Shown piece by piece: positions 1 through 10,738 of a stretch of 37,210 nucleotides of DNA. The DNA lies in the IMG/VR virus record IMGVR_UViG_2671180673_000011, positions 1-37,210 of that record. One strand, written 5' to 3'. The translations under genes were made by a program, and so were the position numbers. The stretch's first letter is position 1; each line of letters begins with the position of its first letter. The DNA is from a virus (lineage: Duplodnaviria; Heunggongvirae; Uroviricota; Caudoviricetes). Below the pieces are notes generated by a model that ran no database searches, was not told the DNA's origin, and worked only from the letters and a program-made list of their open reading frames with translations.

Positions 1-258
1 ATGCAAACCGTTATTTTTGGTCGTTCGGGTTGCCCTTACTGTGTGCGTGCAAAAGATCTGGCTGAGAAATTGAGCAATGAACGCGATGATTTTCAGTATC
101 AGTATGTAGATATTCGTGCGGAAGGGATCACTAAAGAAGATCTACAACAAAAGGCAGGTAAACCCGTAGAAACCGTGCCGCAGATTTTTGTCGATCAGCA
201 ACATATCGGCGGCTATACCGATTTTGCTGCATGGGTGAAAGAAAATCTGGACGCCTGA
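1..258 (+). CDS. grxA: glutaredoxin 1
   Basis: 85-aa ORF with CPYC thioredoxin-fold active site (GCPYCVRAK); length and sequence match E. coli GrxA as I recall it. Confidence 0.9.
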   Translation: MQTVIFGRSGCPYCVRAKDLAEKLSNERDDFQYQYVDIRAEGITKEDLQQKAGKPVETVPQIFVDQQHIGGYTDFAAWVKENLDA

Positions 259-287
259 TCGTCTGACAAGCCCTCGCGTTGAGGGCT

Positions 288-665
288 TTACTGATTTTTT
301 CTGTGCTGTGGTTTAAACAAACTACTGATAAATAAGAAACACAGTGCCCCCAGCGCACACCAGAACACCGCGCTTAGTAACCATGCCAGCTCTTGCCAGA
401 ATGAGCGCGTCGGTGAAAAAAACAGCCGCATAATGAGCATCGAACAGGGTGCCGCCAGCATTGCGCCAAACAGAGGTTTCAGGACTTCTCTACGCTGTGA
501 AAAGAAGCTGGCGACTGCTCCAGGAAGAATGAAAAATAGCAAGCCGATTTCAGGATGCCCGGCAGCCCGAAAAGCGCCTTTCATGTGCGTCGCCAGAAAA
601 AGGCACACCACAATGAAGAGGACAAAACAGCAGATTGCCCCCGCCCAACGTTGTTTATGTTTCAC
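288..665 (-). CDS. ybjM: inner membrane protein YbjM
   Basis: 125-aa strongly hydrophobic multi-TM ORF; position fits the conserved E. coli grxA-ybjM-ybjL neighbourhood. Confidence 0.75.
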   Translation of the reverse strand: MKHKQRWAGAICCFVLFIVVCLFLATHMKGAFRAAGHPEIGLLFFILPGAVASFFSQRREVLKPLFGAMLAAPCSMLIMRLFFSPTRSFWQELAWLLSAVFWCALGALCFLFISSLFKPQHRKNQ

Positions 666-934
666 TCGTTCCTCCTGACACTGCGTCTATCGAACACATT
701 TTTCGCCAGTGTGGCGTTCAGTAAGATAAAGCCGCTTCGCATTCCATGCTAATATAGGCCAACGCAATTCATATAGCCGTTGATACCTAATGTGATTACA
801 CTAGTAAAATATATTGTTACTTTACTATCGTTTAGGTGCGCTGAATGAATCTGCGCCCTGAATTCTGGTAAAAAACATTATCGTAAATTACCATTTCTTT
901 CAACAGCTTACTAGTAAACAAGAAGTTAGCCTCC

Positions 935-2620
935 GTGAATATAAACGTCGCCGAATTGTTAAATGGGAATTACATTCTGTTATTATTTGTGGTCCTCGCG
1001 CTTGGGCTATGTCTCGGAAAGTTACGACTTGGTTCGATCCAACTGGGTAATTCCATTGGCGTTTTAGTCGTATCGCTGTTATTAGGCCAACAACATTTCA
1101 GCATTAACACCGATGCGCTTAATCTTGGCTTTATGCTGTTTATTTTCTGCGTCGGGGTCGAAGCCGGACCGAACTTTTTTTCCATTTTTTTTCGCGATGG
1201 GAAAAATTACCTAATGTTAGCACTGGTGATGGTTGGCAGTGCGCTGGTGATCGCCTTAGGGTTAGGTAAGCTGTTTGGCTGGGATATTGGCCTGACGGCC
1301 GGTATGTTAGCAGGCTCTATGACGTCGACACCGGTTCTGGTCGGTGCTGGCGATACACTGCGTCATTCCGGCATGGAAAGCAGGCAGCTCTCACTGGCAC
1401 TGGATAATCTGAGCCTCGGGTATGCCTTAACCTATTTAATCGGTCTGGTGAGTTTGATTGTTGGTGCGCGTTACTTGCCGAAATTGCAGCATCAGGACTT
1501 ACAGACCAGCGCCCAGCAAATCGCCCGCGAACGTGGCCTGGACACTGATGCCAACCGTAAGGTTTATTTACCGGTGATCCGCGCCTATCGCGTCGGCCCG
1601 GAACTGGTGGCCTGGACCGACGGCAAAAATCTGCGTGAACTGGGTATTTATCGACAAACCGGCTGCTACATTGAACGTATTCGACGTAACGGGATTCTGG
1701 CAAATCCAGACGGTGATGCCGTGCTACAAATGGGCGATGAAATAGCGTTGGTAGGCTATCCCGACGCCCATGCCCGACTCGATCCCAGCTTCCGTAACGG
1801 TAAAGAAGTTTTCGATCGTGACCTTCTCGACATGCGTATCGTCACTGAAGAAGTGGTCGTTAAAAACCATAACGCTGTAGGTAAACGTCTCGCACAACTG
1901 AAGTTGACCGATCACGGTTGCTTCCTTAACCGCGTCATTCGTAGCCAGATTGAGATGCCGATAGATGACAACGTCGTGCTTAACAAAGGTGACGTTTTAC
2001 AAGTCAGCGGCGATGCCCGCCGCGTAAAAACCATCGCCGATCGCATCGGCTTTATCTCGATTCACAGCCAGGTCACTGACCTGCTGGCATTCTGCGCCTT
2101 CTTTGTTATTGGGCTGATGATCGGGATGATCACCTTCCAGTTCAGCACATTCAGTTTCGGCATGGGGAACGCTGCCGGGTTGTTATTCGCCGGAATTATG
2201 CTGGGCTTTATGCGTGCTAACCACCCGACCTTCGGTTACATTCCGCAGGGTGCATTAAGCATGGTGAAAGAGTTCGGCTTGATGGTGTTTATGGCAGGCG
2301 TTGGTCTGAGCGCCGGTAGCGGTATTAATAACGGCCTGGGCGCGATTGGCGGTCAGATGTTGATTGCCGGATTGATTGTCAGTCTGGTGCCCGTGGTTAT
2401 CTGTTTCTTGTTCGGTGCTTATGTATTGCGAATGAACCGCGCGCTGTTGTTCGGCGCAATGATGGGCGCACGTACCTGCGCGCCGGCAATGGAGATCATC
2501 AGTGATACAGCTCGCAGTAACATCCCGGCGCTGGGCTATGCGGGCACCTATGCAATCGCCAACGTCCTGCTGACGCTGGCAGGGACAATCATCGTCATGG
2601 TATGGCCAGGATTAGGATAA
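935..2620 (+). CDS. ybjL: putative AAE-family transporter YbjL
   Basis: 561-aa ORF with GTG start; two hydrophobic membrane halves flanking a soluble central region; matches E. coli YbjL length and synteny. Confidence 0.85.
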
Positions 2621-2732
2621 AACTGAAGTTGCCCTGAAAATGAAATTTTTTTGCACAACCGCAGAACTTTTCCGCAGGGCATCAGTCTTAATTAGTGCCA
2701 CTGCTTTTCTTTGATGTCCCCATTTTGTGGAG

Positions 2733-2776
2733 CCCATCAACCCCGCCATTTCGGTTCAAGGTTGATGGGTTTTTTG
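2733..2776 (+). terminator. rho-independent terminator
   Basis: Perfect 10-bp stem CCCATCAACC (2733-2742) / GGTTGATGGG (2760-2769) followed by TTTTTTG, about 110 nt downstream of ybjL. Confidence 0.5.
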
Positions 2777-2855
2777 TTGCCTGAAATTTATGCCTTTTAA
2801 AATCATGATGTTAGAAGCACTGTTTTTTATCGATGGCGACAAAATGGCGGCAGCG

Positions 2856-3074
2856 TCAAAGAGAGAGCGCCACCTGTCCTGATTTCATTGGATGCGGCTG
2901 AACCGGATTTGACTCTTTTGGCGTTGCAATCGAACGAACAAAAGTTTCATGGGTAACAAAAGTATGGCTGCAGTTAATATTCTGGCACTGGTTGTAACGC
3001 TCTTTGGTCAATGAAGATACCTGAAAACTGCTGCGAGTATGGGCGGCACTTCCACACAGTGGGCAAATCATCAT
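2856..3074 (-). CDS. ogr: Ogr/Delta-family zinc-finger late-gene activator
   Basis: 72-aa product from the internal ATG (MICPLCGSAAHTRSS...KERYNQCQNINCSHTF) with the Cys4 pattern and length of P2 Ogr; the track ORF extends 11 codons upstream. Confidence 0.85.
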   Translation of the reverse strand: MMICPLCGSAAHTRSSFQVSSLTKERYNQCQNINCSHTFVTHETFVRSIATPKESNPVQPHPMKSGQVALSL

Positions 3075-3164
3075 TTTTCGAGTTCTCCCCATTTTTGCTA
3101 AATTCACAATAATGATACCGCATTATTCCATTTTGCAAACTTAAAAGTTCTCCATTGCGAAGAA

Positions 3165-4265
3165 TCATTCCATTTCGAAATCATCAATCCTCACTTCAAG
3201 CTCCAGACTGGTCGTAAAACCGTTATCCGGGCTGACGGTATGCGTCAGAGTCGTAATGGTCCATTCCGCATCATCTATCGGCTGTTTAAAGCCACTGACT
3301 TTCACTGGCATTTCCGTGTAGAGATCTGCCCGACCTTCCGCCAGTTGTAGCGAGAATGACGCAACGCCGCGTTGCAGGCGTTCCCACTGCATTTTCGCCG
3401 CTCGTTCGGCGTTGCTCCGGTTGGCATAAGTGCGATTAAGTACCAGCACGTTTTCATCCGTACCCACCAGGTAATCGCCCTGCTTCGCTTCCGGCTCTTT
3501 CTTCTGCTTCTTAGTCCTGCGCTTACGCTTCACCGTGGTGCTTTCTTTCTTCGAGGGTTCGCGAGTATGCAACCAGCTGGCAATTACGCCCGTGTAAGCT
3601 CCGCGATCTGCCAGGGTAAAGCGGTGACTGTCGCCGTCCTTACGTGTGATAGTGATCACCGGCAGTGGTTTACCGCTGGCACTTTTACCCTGTCCCTGTC
3701 GGATGAATAACAGATTGCCATTTTTCACTGACGCGATAGCACCGTACTGGCGCGCCAGCCGCATCAGAAAACTGCCGTCACTCTCATTAGTCTGGTCTAT
3801 ATGTTCCACGGGCTTATCCGACAGGTCTTTACCCAGTGCCATCTTCAGCTTGTGACGCGCGGCTATTTCCTTGACCACTTCCCCGACAGTGGTCTTGTGC
3901 CACGACTTTTCACGGCGGGTATTCAGCGTCTCACGAAAATCAGCACTTCGCGCCCGAATAGTCAGGCGGTCCGGTGCGCCAGTGTGTTCAATCTCGTCCA
4001 CCGTGAATGCCCCTTTCGGGAAAAGCGGCTGCCCCTTCCAGCCCAGCGCCAGCGTAATGACCGCACCACGGCGCGGCAGCACGATTTTTCCGTCAGCGTC
4101 GTCCAGCTCCAGATCAAGCTGGTCCGCTTCAAAGCCCCGGTTATCCGTCAGCGTAAGCCCCATCAGGCGGTTGTCCAGCACAGTGGTTATATCCCTGCCC
4201 TCAATACTGATGCTGAATGCGGGAGTTTTGTTGCCTTTGTTAAGCAGTTCAGAGCTGAAATTCAC
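3165..4265 (-). CDS. D: tail protein D
   Basis: 366 aa; N-terminus MNFSSELLNKGNKTPAFSISIEGRDIT closely parallels P2 gpD; lysine-rich central linker. Confidence 0.85.
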   Translation of the reverse strand: MNFSSELLNKGNKTPAFSISIEGRDITTVLDNRLMGLTLTDNRGFEADQLDLELDDADGKIVLPRRGAVITLALGWKGQPLFPKGAFTVDEIEHTGAPDRLTIRARSADFRETLNTRREKSWHKTTVGEVVKEIAARHKLKMALGKDLSDKPVEHIDQTNESDGSFLMRLARQYGAIASVKNGNLLFIRQGQGKSASGKPLPVITITRKDGDSHRFTLADRGAYTGVIASWLHTREPSKKESTTVKRKRRTKKQKKEPEAKQGDYLVGTDENVLVLNRTYANRSNAERAAKMQWERLQRGVASFSLQLAEGRADLYTEMPVKVSGFKQPIDDAEWTITTLTHTVSPDNGFTTSLELEVRIDDFEME

Positions 4266-4747
4266 GACAGCAGCCCTCCCACCGTTTTACTGATATCGCT
4301 TAAAGCAGATGTTGCCGTTTCCTGCAGATTATTCAGTTGCGCACTGAGATCACCGAACATATCGGACAGGGATTCATCCACCCGTTTGAGCGACAGGGTG
4401 AACTCAATCCGGCGCGGCATACCGTCGCGGAAAAACTCCGTTTTAGTCTGATTCAGTCCCTCAATCACATACATGCCGTAAATCGTGCCGCTGCCTTCAA
4501 TCAGGGGCCATGCTTTCCCCTGTTCTGCCATCTGCTCCAGTGCCAGCAACGACAGCCTGCCGCCTGTTATCTCCGGCATAAGAACACCGGAAAGCGTCAG
4601 CATGTCGTTTTCCGGTCCCAGAAACTGCGTGGACGGACGTCGGTTTACCCGGCTGTTTGCCGCATGTCGCCAGCTGCGTTGATACTGCAGTTCCTGATAC
4701 GGCACGGTGCGCAGCATAAACACGTACAATCCCAGCACCATCATCAT
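4262..4747 (-). CDS. U: tail protein U
   Basis: 161 aa, MMMVLGLYVFMLRTVPYQ start resembling P2 gpU; 4-nt overlap with D. Confidence 0.85.
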   Translation of the reverse strand: MMMVLGLYVFMLRTVPYQELQYQRSWRHAANSRVNRRPSTQFLGPENDMLTLSGVLMPEITGGRLSLLALEQMAEQGKAWPLIEGSGTIYGMYVIEGLNQTKTEFFRDGMPRRIEFTLSLKRVDESLSDMFGDLSAQLNNLQETATSALSDISKTVGGLLS

Positions 4748-7700
4748 GCGTCGTATCCCCCCTGATCGCTGTAGTTACTCCTGGCTTTTGCCTTCAGCCT
4801 GCGTTCACGTTCATCAAGCTGGCGTGCCACCTCCCGCGCAATATCCTGCGCACTTTGTCCTGGCTGCGTCTGAATGATGATCTGCGTCGGTGCCTCAATC
4901 CGGTGAACGGGCGGCACAGTGGCTGCACGACTCACCATCGCTTCGCCGCCTTTCGCGGGAAGTGCCAAAGGATGCAACGGTGGAAGCTCTGCAGGCGCGG
5001 CAGCAACGCCCATCATTCCGGCAACAACGGCAGCCAGTGCAGCTGTATTTCTCCGGCTGGTCACATTTGCCGGGCCGTTAACAATTTCCGGCCCGTTTTC
5101 ACCGACGATGCCAAACTGCCCGCGCGGGATATAGCCGCCGCTGTCATACATCCCCGCAAAGCCATATCCCCATGACGGAAAACCACCCGATGGCATCATC
5201 ACTTTACCGTCTGCATTCACCGTCGCAGGTTGCTGACGCGTCACTCTTTCCGGCAGTTTCGCCTTTGCAGCCTCTTTACTGACAATGCCGAGTTTCTCCA
5301 GCAACCAGGAAACGCCGGATTTCAGGGAGTCCAGCGGATGCATGACCATATTCAGCCCTTCCGCCAGTGCCTCCCCGAATCGTCGCCCCATTGCCGCTGC
5401 GCTCTGCAGTTCGGCAGAGGTCGACTTAACGGGCGTCAGCAGATCAGTAAACCAGCCCCACAACGCCTGCACTTTGTCGCCAATCCACTGAAACACAGGC
5501 TTAAGTGGTTCGAATGCTGCACTGATGGGACCTGCCGCCGCTTTGAATCCTTCCACCACACCAGCGAGAAATGCGGTGATGGGTTGCCAGTATTTCCAGA
5601 CAACCAGCGCCACGCCCGCCAGTGCAGTAACCACAAGACCTATCGGACTGAGCAGAGCACCTAACAGACCAGATATGGCATACAGGGCAACGCGCAGCAT
5701 CGCCAGCGGACCGGATGCCAGTACTCGCAGCACCGCGCCTGCGGCAGCCAGTCCACCGCGTAGTGCTGCCAGTGGATTCATAAACATCACAGCAACAGCA
5801 CGTAAACCGGATAATCCAGACCGCAACAGTGCAACCGGCACACCTGCTACAGTTTTCAGGGCATTCCCCGTCAGTGATGCCGTGCGGCGCAAAGACGACA
5901 ACGGCGCAGTAAGTAAACCCGCTGCGTTGCCCGATGAAGCAAGCCCGCGTCGCAGCAGTGCCAGTGGAGCGCCAGCTAACCAAGACAACGCTCTGCTGGT
6001 TCGTGTTACTGCTGCCGTAACGGAAGGTAACGTTTTGATACCCAGCACAGAGAATCCCAGACGGATGACTGCCAGCGGCCCCAGCACTGCAGCCAGCGCC
6101 ACCGCTAAGGTGCCGAGGCCTACGGTAACCGCAGCCACAACAGCCGCTACTTTCATCAGTGTGCCTGTCAGTTCCGGGTTAGCTTCCACCCAGCGGCGCA
6201 ACGCCCCCGTGATGCTTTTCACCGTGTACAGAATATCCATCAGAGGCTGGCGCAGCGTTTCGCCCAGGCTGCTGAAGGTGTTCTGCGCTCCGGTTTTGAC
6301 CAGCAACCACTGAGCAGAAAGTGAGTCTTTGTTGATGTCGGATTCTTTCTGCATGGAACCGAGCGCATCATTGCCCGCTGTCAGTTTTAGCTGGCGCTGC
6401 AGTTCCGGAAGGTTGTTTGCCAGTTTCGCCGCGTCATCACCAAACTCTTTACCAAACAACATGGTCATGGCAGACAGACGCTTGTCCTGCGGCAGTGCGT
6501 TCACCTTCTCCAGCACACGCTGGATAGTTCCCATCGCATCCTTCGTCATCTGCTTTTCAATCACTTCAGGATTGAGTTTCAGCAGATTCATCCCTTCAAA
6601 GAAACTCTTGCTTTGCATGGTGGCAATGGACAATTCACGCACCATCGCGTTTGCTGCACTGGCTGCAACCTCCGGCGCAGCGCCCAGTGTCAGAAAGGTG
6701 GAACCCAGTGCCGCCGCTTTACGATAATCCAGACGGTCAGCCACACCGCCCAGACGTTGCATCACATCAATGATGTCCGCCCCTTTCGACATGGCATTAT
6801 CATCCAGATAGTTCAGCGCATCGCCGAGCTGTTCAATATTGCGGGTAGGTATTTTGTAGAGCTGGGCGATTTTCCCCAGACTTTCTGACAGTTCATCCGC
6901 TGGCAGCTCAAAGGCTGTTGCCGCCTTTGCTGCCGTACTGGCGAAGGCCAGCAGGTCACGTTTCTGGTCTTCCCAGCTGTCGTCAGGGTTTGCGACGTTC
7001 ATGCGCGCACCACCTTCAACCAGTGCAGCGAAGTCCACCGCACCGTTTTCCATCGGCAACTGTTCGCTGGCAGCCTTGATGGCATCCTGCATTTCATAAA
7101 AACGTGCAGTGCGGTTGCCATTATCGTCACGCAGACCATTGACCTGCTTTGCCACACCTTTCATGGCATCTTCCATGCTGGTATAGCTTTTTACTGCAGC
7201 CATCACTGGCGCACCCATTGCCAGCCCTGCAGCCGTGGTAGTGGCTCCGGCTCCTGCGATGCGATCGCGCACTTCAAGCCGTCTTGAGTATTGATCCCTG
7301 ACAGCGTTCATCCGTGCCTGTTGTTCACCCAGACGTTTAAGTGCTTTTTGCTGGCCCTCCAGTGCCTGCCTTGTTTCTTCAGCATTTTTCTTAAGTTCTC
7401 GCTGGGCACTACTGAGTTGTCTGGTATCAATCCCTGATTTTTTAAGTGCCTGACGTTGTCTCTGGACCGCCCCCAACAAGCCGTTATAGGTCTGCTGAAG
7501 TTCCTGTACTCGTGTTTTGGCCTGACTGAATAACTTTGCCTGTGCGGCGGTTGGCCTGTTAGTGGCAGCAAATTGTGTGGCGAGTTTTGCCGCCTCTTCG
7601 CGGGCTGCGTTCAGGTTGTTGGCTGTTATGGCTAGTTGCGAGCGCGTCTTGCGAAATTCATCAATTCTGCCAGCCTGCTTATTCAGTTCTTTGAGACTGT

Positions 7701-7821
7701 TTCGGGTATTCTGAATTGCGCCAGCCAGCTCTTTCGAACTGGCCTGTGCAGCACGGAATGGGCGGGTAAGTTTGTCAACCGCATTAAGAATGACCTGCAG
7801 CCGCAGGTTGTTATCACTCAT
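4744..7821 (-). CDS. T: tail tape measure protein
   Basis: 1025-aa ORF with N-terminal coiled-coil region and Ala/Gly-rich hydrophobic repeats, directly downstream of E/E' as in P2. Confidence 0.9.
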   Translation of the reverse strand: MSDNNLRLQVILNAVDKLTRPFRAAQASSKELAGAIQNTRNSLKELNKQAGRIDEFRKTRSQLAITANNLNAAREEAAKLATQFAATNRPTAAQAKLFSQAKTRVQELQQTYNGLLGAVQRQRQALKKSGIDTRQLSSAQRELKKNAEETRQALEGQQKALKRLGEQQARMNAVRDQYSRRLEVRDRIAGAGATTTAAGLAMGAPVMAAVKSYTSMEDAMKGVAKQVNGLRDDNGNRTARFYEMQDAIKAASEQLPMENGAVDFAALVEGGARMNVANPDDSWEDQKRDLLAFASTAAKAATAFELPADELSESLGKIAQLYKIPTRNIEQLGDALNYLDDNAMSKGADIIDVMQRLGGVADRLDYRKAAALGSTFLTLGAAPEVAASAANAMVRELSIATMQSKSFFEGMNLLKLNPEVIEKQMTKDAMGTIQRVLEKVNALPQDKRLSAMTMLFGKEFGDDAAKLANNLPELQRQLKLTAGNDALGSMQKESDINKDSLSAQWLLVKTGAQNTFSSLGETLRQPLMDILYTVKSITGALRRWVEANPELTGTLMKVAAVVAAVTVGLGTLAVALAAVLGPLAVIRLGFSVLGIKTLPSVTAAVTRTSRALSWLAGAPLALLRRGLASSGNAAGLLTAPLSSLRRTASLTGNALKTVAGVPVALLRSGLSGLRAVAVMFMNPLAALRGGLAAAGAVLRVLASGPLAMLRVALYAISGLLGALLSPIGLVVTALAGVALVVWKYWQPITAFLAGVVEGFKAAAGPISAAFEPLKPVFQWIGDKVQALWGWFTDLLTPVKSTSAELQSAAAMGRRFGEALAEGLNMVMHPLDSLKSGVSWLLEKLGIVSKEAAKAKLPERVTRQQPATVNADGKVMMPSGGFPSWGYGFAGMYDSGGYIPRGQFGIVGENGPEIVNGPANVTSRRNTAALAAVVAGMMGVAAAPAELPPLHPLALPAKGGEAMVSRAATVPPVHRIEAPTQIIIQTQPGQSAQDIAREVARQLDERERRLKAKARSNYSDQGGYDA

Positions 7822-8250
7822 CGTTGGCCCCGCTTCTCTGAATCGCTTTATACCGCCATTCCAGCACTTCGGTCAGCGGCATAACGTCAGTAACGGATGG
7901 CGGCCAGTGAAAGATGGTGGCGATATCTGCCACCAGATCGTCAACCGTCAGGCTGTCGGTAAACCGGCAAGCACCGACTTCTTCAACAAAAAAGTGACAA
8001 CCTCAACCGACATGGCAGTGAGATCTGCCGGGTCCATCTCTGCAATTTCCTGTGCAGTCAGTGCCGGACTGGAAATGCGGGGGATCACGGTCATCATCGC
8101 GTTCACATCCATATCCATAATGGCCTGCAGGCGTGTACCGCGCAGCGCACCGGACTGCGGTTTACGCAGCACAATTTCGGTGATTTCCGTTTTACCGCGC
8201 TTGATAGGGGTATCCAGTTGAATGGTCTTTTCAGTCTGCTTATCGCTCAT
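7814..8250 (-). CDS. tail assembly chaperone E+E' made by -1 programmed frameshift
   Basis: Slippery heptamer T-TTT-TTG on the minus strand (plus coords 7987-7993); the -1 frame stays open for 57 codons (VEEVGACRFTDSLTVDDLVADIATIFHWPPSVTDVMPLTEVLEWRYKAIQRSGANDE) and stops at TGA 7814-7816, overlapping the T start; predicted fusion about 145 aa, close to the ~142 aa I recall for P2 E+E'. Confidence 0.65.
7948..8250 (-). CDS. E: tail assembly chaperone E
   Basis: 100-aa ORF upstream of T; ends ...VVTFLLKKSVLAGLPTA, containing the slippery run. Confidence 0.85.
   Translation of the reverse strand: MSDKQTEKTIQLDTPIKRGKTEITEIVLRKPQSGALRGTRLQAIMDMDVNAMMTVIPRISSPALTAQEIAEMDPADLTAMSVEVVTFLLKKSVLAGLPTA
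7987..7993 (-). promoter_or_regulatory. -1 ribosomal frameshift slippery site (TTTTTTG)
   Basis: A6 run on plus strand is T6 followed by G on the coding strand, inside codons T-F-L of gpE. Confidence 0.6.
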
Positions 8251-8304
8251 TTTGTTGTCCTGTAAATTGGGTTCTGGCGCGGTATCCCGCGCCGTTCAGA
8301 TACA

Positions 8305-8820
8305 TCAGAGGCCGAGGGCGTTGCGGTGCGCTTCCATCAGGTCCACACCGTCCACAATTTCCACCATGTTGATAAGGTCCACTTCATAGAGCACCTCACC
8401 ATTGATGGTCAGCTTCGCGTAGCTGTTGGTACTGGTCACTTTGGTGGTGTTGCTTTCGCCCGTCTTCCACTCGCCGGAATCCACTTCTTTGTGACGTCCA
8501 CGCACCACAAGCTCCACGGCCTGCACTTCCCCGGTATCGTCACGCTGGATAGAGCCGGTAAAGCGCAACTGGATGCCATCCACCGTGGATTTGCCCATCT
8601 GCTTAAACAGCAGCAGTTCGGTACCACCAATGGAAAATTCTGTATCCAGTGCACTGTCATCCAGTCCCAGATCCACATCCACCGCCCCCGGCATACCGCC
8701 GCCGCGATACTTCTCATATTTGCGGGTGAATTTCGGCAGCGTCAGCGACTCAACGATTCCCTGCCAGTTGTTCCCGTCGTTAAACAGGTTCAGATGTTTT
8801 AATTTGCGTGGTAAAGCCAT
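8305..8820 (-). CDS. FII: tail tube protein FII
   Basis: 171 aa; position and sequence character of P2 gpFII. Confidence 0.9.
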   Translation of the reverse strand: MALPRKLKHLNLFNDGNNWQGIVESLTLPKFTRKYEKYRGGGMPGAVDVDLGLDDSALDTEFSIGGTELLLFKQMGKSTVDGIQLRFTGSIQRDDTGEVQAVELVVRGRHKEVDSGEWKTGESNTTKVTSTNSYAKLTINGEVLYEVDLINMVEIVDGVDLMEAHRNALGL

Positions 8821-8829
8821 GTTGTCCCC

Positions 8830-10002
8830 TTACGCGCTGACCTGGCTTGCGAAATTCACCAGGTACTGATCGGTGATGCGCTGGCGCAGCATCAGATTTT
8901 CAAGTGGCGGCACTGGCGTGTAGTCGTAGTCGATGGTGAGTTTTCCGGCTTTAAGCGTGTCTTTGTCGTTCACCGACTCGTCCAGCCAGCAATCACCACC
9001 AATGAGATAGCCCTGACTGACCAGGCTGCGCATTTTGGCGCGGATACCTTCGATAATGTCGCGGGCCAGCGACGGGTTCAGCGGTTTGTCCACCGCCCAC
9101 ATGTGTGCTTCTGCCATCGTGTCCGTCAGCACCTGCGCCGTGCGGGTGTAGTTTTCGAAGGCAAAAAGCGGATCATCGCTCAGACAGCGGGAACCCCAGA
9201 AGCGGAAACCATCCTTGCGCACAAGCGTGGTGACGTCGTTCTGGTTCAGCAGACCTGCATCGGTTGCCGGGTCCTGCAGATCCCAGAACACATCAGCAGA
9301 AATTCCGGTGACACCGTTCACGCCCACGTTGGACAGGCTTTTGTGCCATCCGGTCTGCTCATCAATTTTGGAGCGCAGACCGAGCGCACGGGCGGTGGCA
9401 TAAGCCGTTGCTTCGGCATTCAGCACCGTGTCCCAGCCAGTAAAGTCGGGCCAGATCAGCATTCCTTCACGCTGACTGAAGTTTTCACGGTAAGTGATTG
9501 CTTCCTGCACCGTCTTGCAACCATACGCTGACAGGTAAGCAAACCCACGCAGGCTTTGCGCCACGCTCAGCAACTCAGTAGCTACCGCCTTCGTGTCGTG
9601 ACCTGGCACGCCGAGAATGCGCGGTTTAACGCCGAGCTGTGACTGGGCAGATAACAGAGCTTTCATGCCTGTTTTTTTACCTTCAGCAGTCACTGCGCCG
9701 ATGATATTGGTCGTGGTTTCTTCTTCCGTTTCACCCTGCGGCACACGCACAACAACGGTCACGGGTTTTGCCTGGTCAGCGATGGCATCCAGCGAACGGG
9801 CCAGCGTGCCGGACTCACCCGCTTTACCGCTGGCAGTCAGCACATCAGTGATCAGCACAGGTTTGTTAAGAGGAAACATTTTTGCATCGGCATCATCGCC
9901 CGTGCAGACCATGCCCACGATGGCGGTGCTCACCGTGGTAATGGATCGGGTGCCTTCGTTGACTTCAACAACGCGCACCCCGTGGTGGTAATCCTGAGCC
10001 AT
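8830..10002 (-). CDS. FI: contractile tail sheath protein FI
   Basis: 390 aa, [19 protein letters not shown] start typical of P2-type sheath. Confidence 0.9.
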   Translation of the reverse strand: MAQDYHHGVRVVEVNEGTRSITTVSTAIVGMVCTGDDADAKMFPLNKPVLITDVLTASGKAGESGTLARSLDAIADQAKPVTVVVRVPQGETEEETTTNIIGAVTAEGKKTGMKALLSAQSQLGVKPRILGVPGHDTKAVATELLSVAQSLRGFAYLSAYGCKTVQEAITYRENFSQREGMLIWPDFTGWDTVLNAEATAYATARALGLRSKIDEQTGWHKSLSNVGVNGVTGISADVFWDLQDPATDAGLLNQNDVTTLVRKDGFRFWGSRCLSDDPLFAFENYTRTAQVLTDTMAEAHMWAVDKPLNPSLARDIIEGIRAKMRSLVSQGYLIGGDCWLDESVNDKDTLKAGKLTIDYDYTPVPPLENLMLRQRITDQYLVNFASQVSA

Positions 10003-10078
10003 AGTGGCGAACCTCCTGATTGGATTAGGCTTCGCCCTATGTTGAAGTGATTGTGCCTGACAAACAGCTAAGCGCAGT

Positions 10079-10096
10079 TGTACCGTTATTCACACA
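10079..10096 (-). promoter_or_regulatory. candidate Ogr-binding late-promoter element (TGT-N12-ACA) upstream of FI
   Basis: TGTACCGTTATTCACACA centred about 85 bp upstream of the FI start; shares a TGTACCG...CACACA pattern with the element between O and P. Confidence 0.35.
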
Positions 10097-10144
10097 AAAT
10101 GACGGTATTTGTCTACTTGCAGGGATAATCAAAATAATGCTGAT

Positions 10145-10711
10145 TCAGGGGGATTCATTACTCTTATTTGCCGGAAATTTTCTATAAATTGTGGAAACAC
10201 CCACATCAAAAATCAGTGCAATACGCTGTCTTGATTCTCCGGCCTCGAGTAAACGCCCAATCTGTGCCCACTGTTCGGTGGTCAACTTAGGACGGCGTCC
10301 ACCTACTCTGCCTTTGGCACGAGCTGCAGCCAGCCCTGCCCTGGTACGTTCAACTATCAGTTCGCGTTCCATTTCAGCCAGGGCACCCATGACATGAAAA
10401 AAGAAACGGCCCATTGGGGTACTGGTATCAATACTGTCAGTCAGGCTTCGGAAATTCACACCACGCTGGCGCAACTCCTCTATCAGCGTAACAAGATGCC
10501 GCATACTGCGCCCCAACCTGTCCAGCTTCCAGACAACCAGCGTGTCTCCTGCCGATAGTGTCCTGAGCAGCTTTTTCAGCCCCGGTCTGTCGGACTTAGT
10601 GCCACTGATTTTATCCTCAAAAATCCGCTCACATCCCGCGCAGTTCAGTGCATTACGTTGCAAATCGGTGTTCTGGTCATTTGTTGACACGCGTACATAG
10701 CCAATAAGCAT
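10145..10711 (-). CDS. serine-recombinase DNA invertase (Gin/Pin/Cin/Hin family)
   Basis: N-terminus MLIGYVRVSTNDQNTDLQRNAL from the internal ATG (GGGGG Shine-Dalgarno placed for ATG 10711); C-terminal HTH; adjacent to the tail-fibre inversion site. Confidence 0.9.
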   Translation of the reverse strand: MLIGYVRVSTNDQNTDLQRNALNCAGCERIFEDKISGTKSDRPGLKKLLRTLSAGDTLVVWKLDRLGRSMRHLVTLIEELRQRGVNFRSLTDSIDTSTPMGRFFFHVMGALAEMERELIVERTRAGLAAARAKGRVGGRRPKLTTEQWAQIGRLLEAGESRQRIALIFDVGVSTIYRKFPANKSNESP

Positions 10712-10738
10712 GATCATCCCCCTGAATAAAAACCGGAG

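Noticed and set aside
2621-2855. tRNA gene or tRNA 3' fragment at the prophage junction
   Set aside because: No cloverleaf-compatible sequence or GTTCGAATC-type T-arm found; only a terminator hairpin.
5525-6313. 262-aa plus-strand ORF and several other long ORFs antisense to the tape measure gene
   Set aside because: Antisense to a well-supported 1025-aa tape measure gene; Ala/Pro/Arg/Ser-rich low-complexity translation typical of spurious frames in GC-rich sequence.
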